The position numbers and the translations under genes were made by a program. The notes beneath the pieces were generated by a model, which was not told where the DNA came from, made no database searches, and saw nothing but the letters and a program-made list of their open reading frames with translations. From assembly GCA_036630325.1 (NCBI GenBank), contig CP142726.1, positions 434,001-498,000 of the forward strand: DNA of 64,000 nucleotides. The letters are read 5' to 3'. Positions within the stretch are counted from its first letter, which is position 1; every line of letters starts with the position of its first letter. Below are positions 62,163 through 64,000 of the stretch, in pieces. The stretch is from Vairimorpha necatrix (taxonomy: Eukaryota).

Positions 62163-64000
62163 GTGGCTCTAATTGATCACAATAAGCTTCTTCAGACTTG
62201 CCGAGCAAAGAAGCTAGAAATAGCGAATAATTTTTACGCTGATTTGGCGTCAGAGAATGATATAGATGTCAATGTCTATGATAAAGTAGATCTTGTTGAT
62301 CTTCCCCCAGAGATAACAGATGAAGAATTTCTATCCGCACTGAAGAAATGTGGAAATAACAAAGCTGCCGGTTCTGATGAGATTCCAACCGAGCTATACA
62401 AACACTTACTGACTAGAGCAGTAGAAGATAAATTCTTTAAATTCATGCTACATGAATTTAATAAATATATTTGTGGAAATAGTCCTCCTGAATACTGGAG
62501 CATGGCAAACATGATTTGCCTCCACAAAAAAGGAGATGAGACAGATCTGAATAATTATAGGGGAATCTCCTTAATTAACACAATTAGTAAGATCTATCTC
62601 AAGATAATAAATGACGGGTTAACTCAATTTGTCGAAGAACAAGATATACTCTCTAGATACCAAGCAGGATTCCGAGCAGGTGAAGAGTGTATGAATCAGA
62701 TTACATCTCTACTAGAAATAGTGAGAAGAAGAGAATTCAGAGGCCTGAACACAATAATGTGTTTCATTGACTTTGAAAAAGCTTATGATAATGTAAGTCA
62801 TGACTTATTATTTGAAAAGCTTACAAAACTTAATATCCCATTGTACTAAATCAATACAATAAAGGATATTTATAAATATACCACCATGCGAATAAAAATC
62901 GCCGGAGAAACATCAAGTAGCTATAGTTACAGAAAAAAAATAAGACAAGGGTGCCCTTGTTCTCCAATGCTGTTCAATATACTTATCAATGATATTTTTG
63001 ACGGCATAGATGGTATCTTGATCCCAAGATCAAACACGAAAGTTCCGGGACTGATGTTCGCAGATGATATCTTTGTCTTTGGAAACGACAATGATGATCT
63101 TAGTAATAAGATCAATAGAATTTCTAATTGGCGGTTAATAACAGGATGAAGATTAACTCCACAAAAAGCGGAGTCTTAGAAATGACTGCCCACTCTAACA
63201 TACAAGAAATCCGAAGTTTGTATTCTCTCAATACTAACTTTGGTGGGATTGAAGAAGTTACAGAAGACAGATATCTGGGTGTCTTAGTTGAAAGAAACAC
63301 GCTAGAAGAACACTTGGTCAAAGACGCAGCAATGCGTGGCAAGAAAGCCTTAGATTCCCCGATGTCCAAGTTGATGAATTACAGCATTAACCTCTATTTC
63401 AAGGCGATCTTAATAAAATGTGTACTAGTACCCACACTAATGTACGGCAGTGAATTGTGGGGAATGTCAAGTACAAGAGCAGGTAAGATTAACAGGATCT
63501 TAAGAAAGTCTATCAGAATGATATTCAAAAGAGTATTAGTTCCACTAGATAGAGTAATGGACGAGTTCAGTATTGAACGAATTCATATACAAGCAGCTTT
63601 AAGTAGATTTAGAGCATACAACAAGTGGAAACACAATAAAACAATCATATCGGATATAATCTCAATCCATCCGAAAGAAAGAAAAACTACTTGGTGTTCA
63701 AGAACACAAAGATGGTTAAAACGATTACGAAACGAGTTATAGTAGATTTATTACTACAAATATCTTTATTTACTAAGAAGTCGAACAACTCTAAATACTT
63801 CTTTAGCTGCATCAATAGCAAACCAATATGACATAAGAAATTCACAAATTAAATATGTCATAAACAAAATAAATAATAGGAAAATTAGAACATATACTAG
63901 ATTGAGATGTAACCTAGTAAAGTGGTCCTCAGCAATAGCCAATTCAAAAAGAATACCAATGAGTTATAGAAACAAATGCTTTTTGTATAATGGACCACAA
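62163..64000 (+). mobile_element. LINE copy 3, 5'-truncated within ORF2, defective, runs off the window
   Basis: Starts at the equivalent of 54411; stop at 62847-62849 and frameshifts near 63130 and 63730. Confidence 0.93.

Overview
AT-rich, gene-poor, transposon-dense window from a microsporidian of the Vairimorpha/Nosema group. The SSU rRNA 5' end resembles Vairimorpha necatrix from memory; this was not checked by search. Only one clear host protein gene is present (a TBC/Rab-GAP). Positions 1-43 kb are mostly mobile DNA: four Ty3/Gypsy elements with paired, very short LTRs (49, ~55, 76 and 168 bp), one with longer diverged LTRs, a Tc1/IS630-type DNA transposon, a Charlie/SPIN-like hAT, a tRNA-headed SINE with a 14-bp TSD, and R4/Dong-like non-LTR remnants. 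A reduced rDNA unit (SSU, short ITS, 5.8S-fused LSU) lies at 47.0-50.8 kb. About 70 nt after the LSU is a sequence that folds by hand into an HDV-like self-cleaving ribozyme. It is followed by a head-to-tail array of an APE-RT LINE running to the window end, with T-tract junctions, two of them followed by ATATGTAGTCAGAGA. Best candidate new system: an rDNA-spacer-targeted, ribozyme-released LINE array. Second best: micro-LTR retrotransposons whose LTR is reduced to the microsporidian CCC+ATG promoter, including an intact-looking copy with no recognisable protease.
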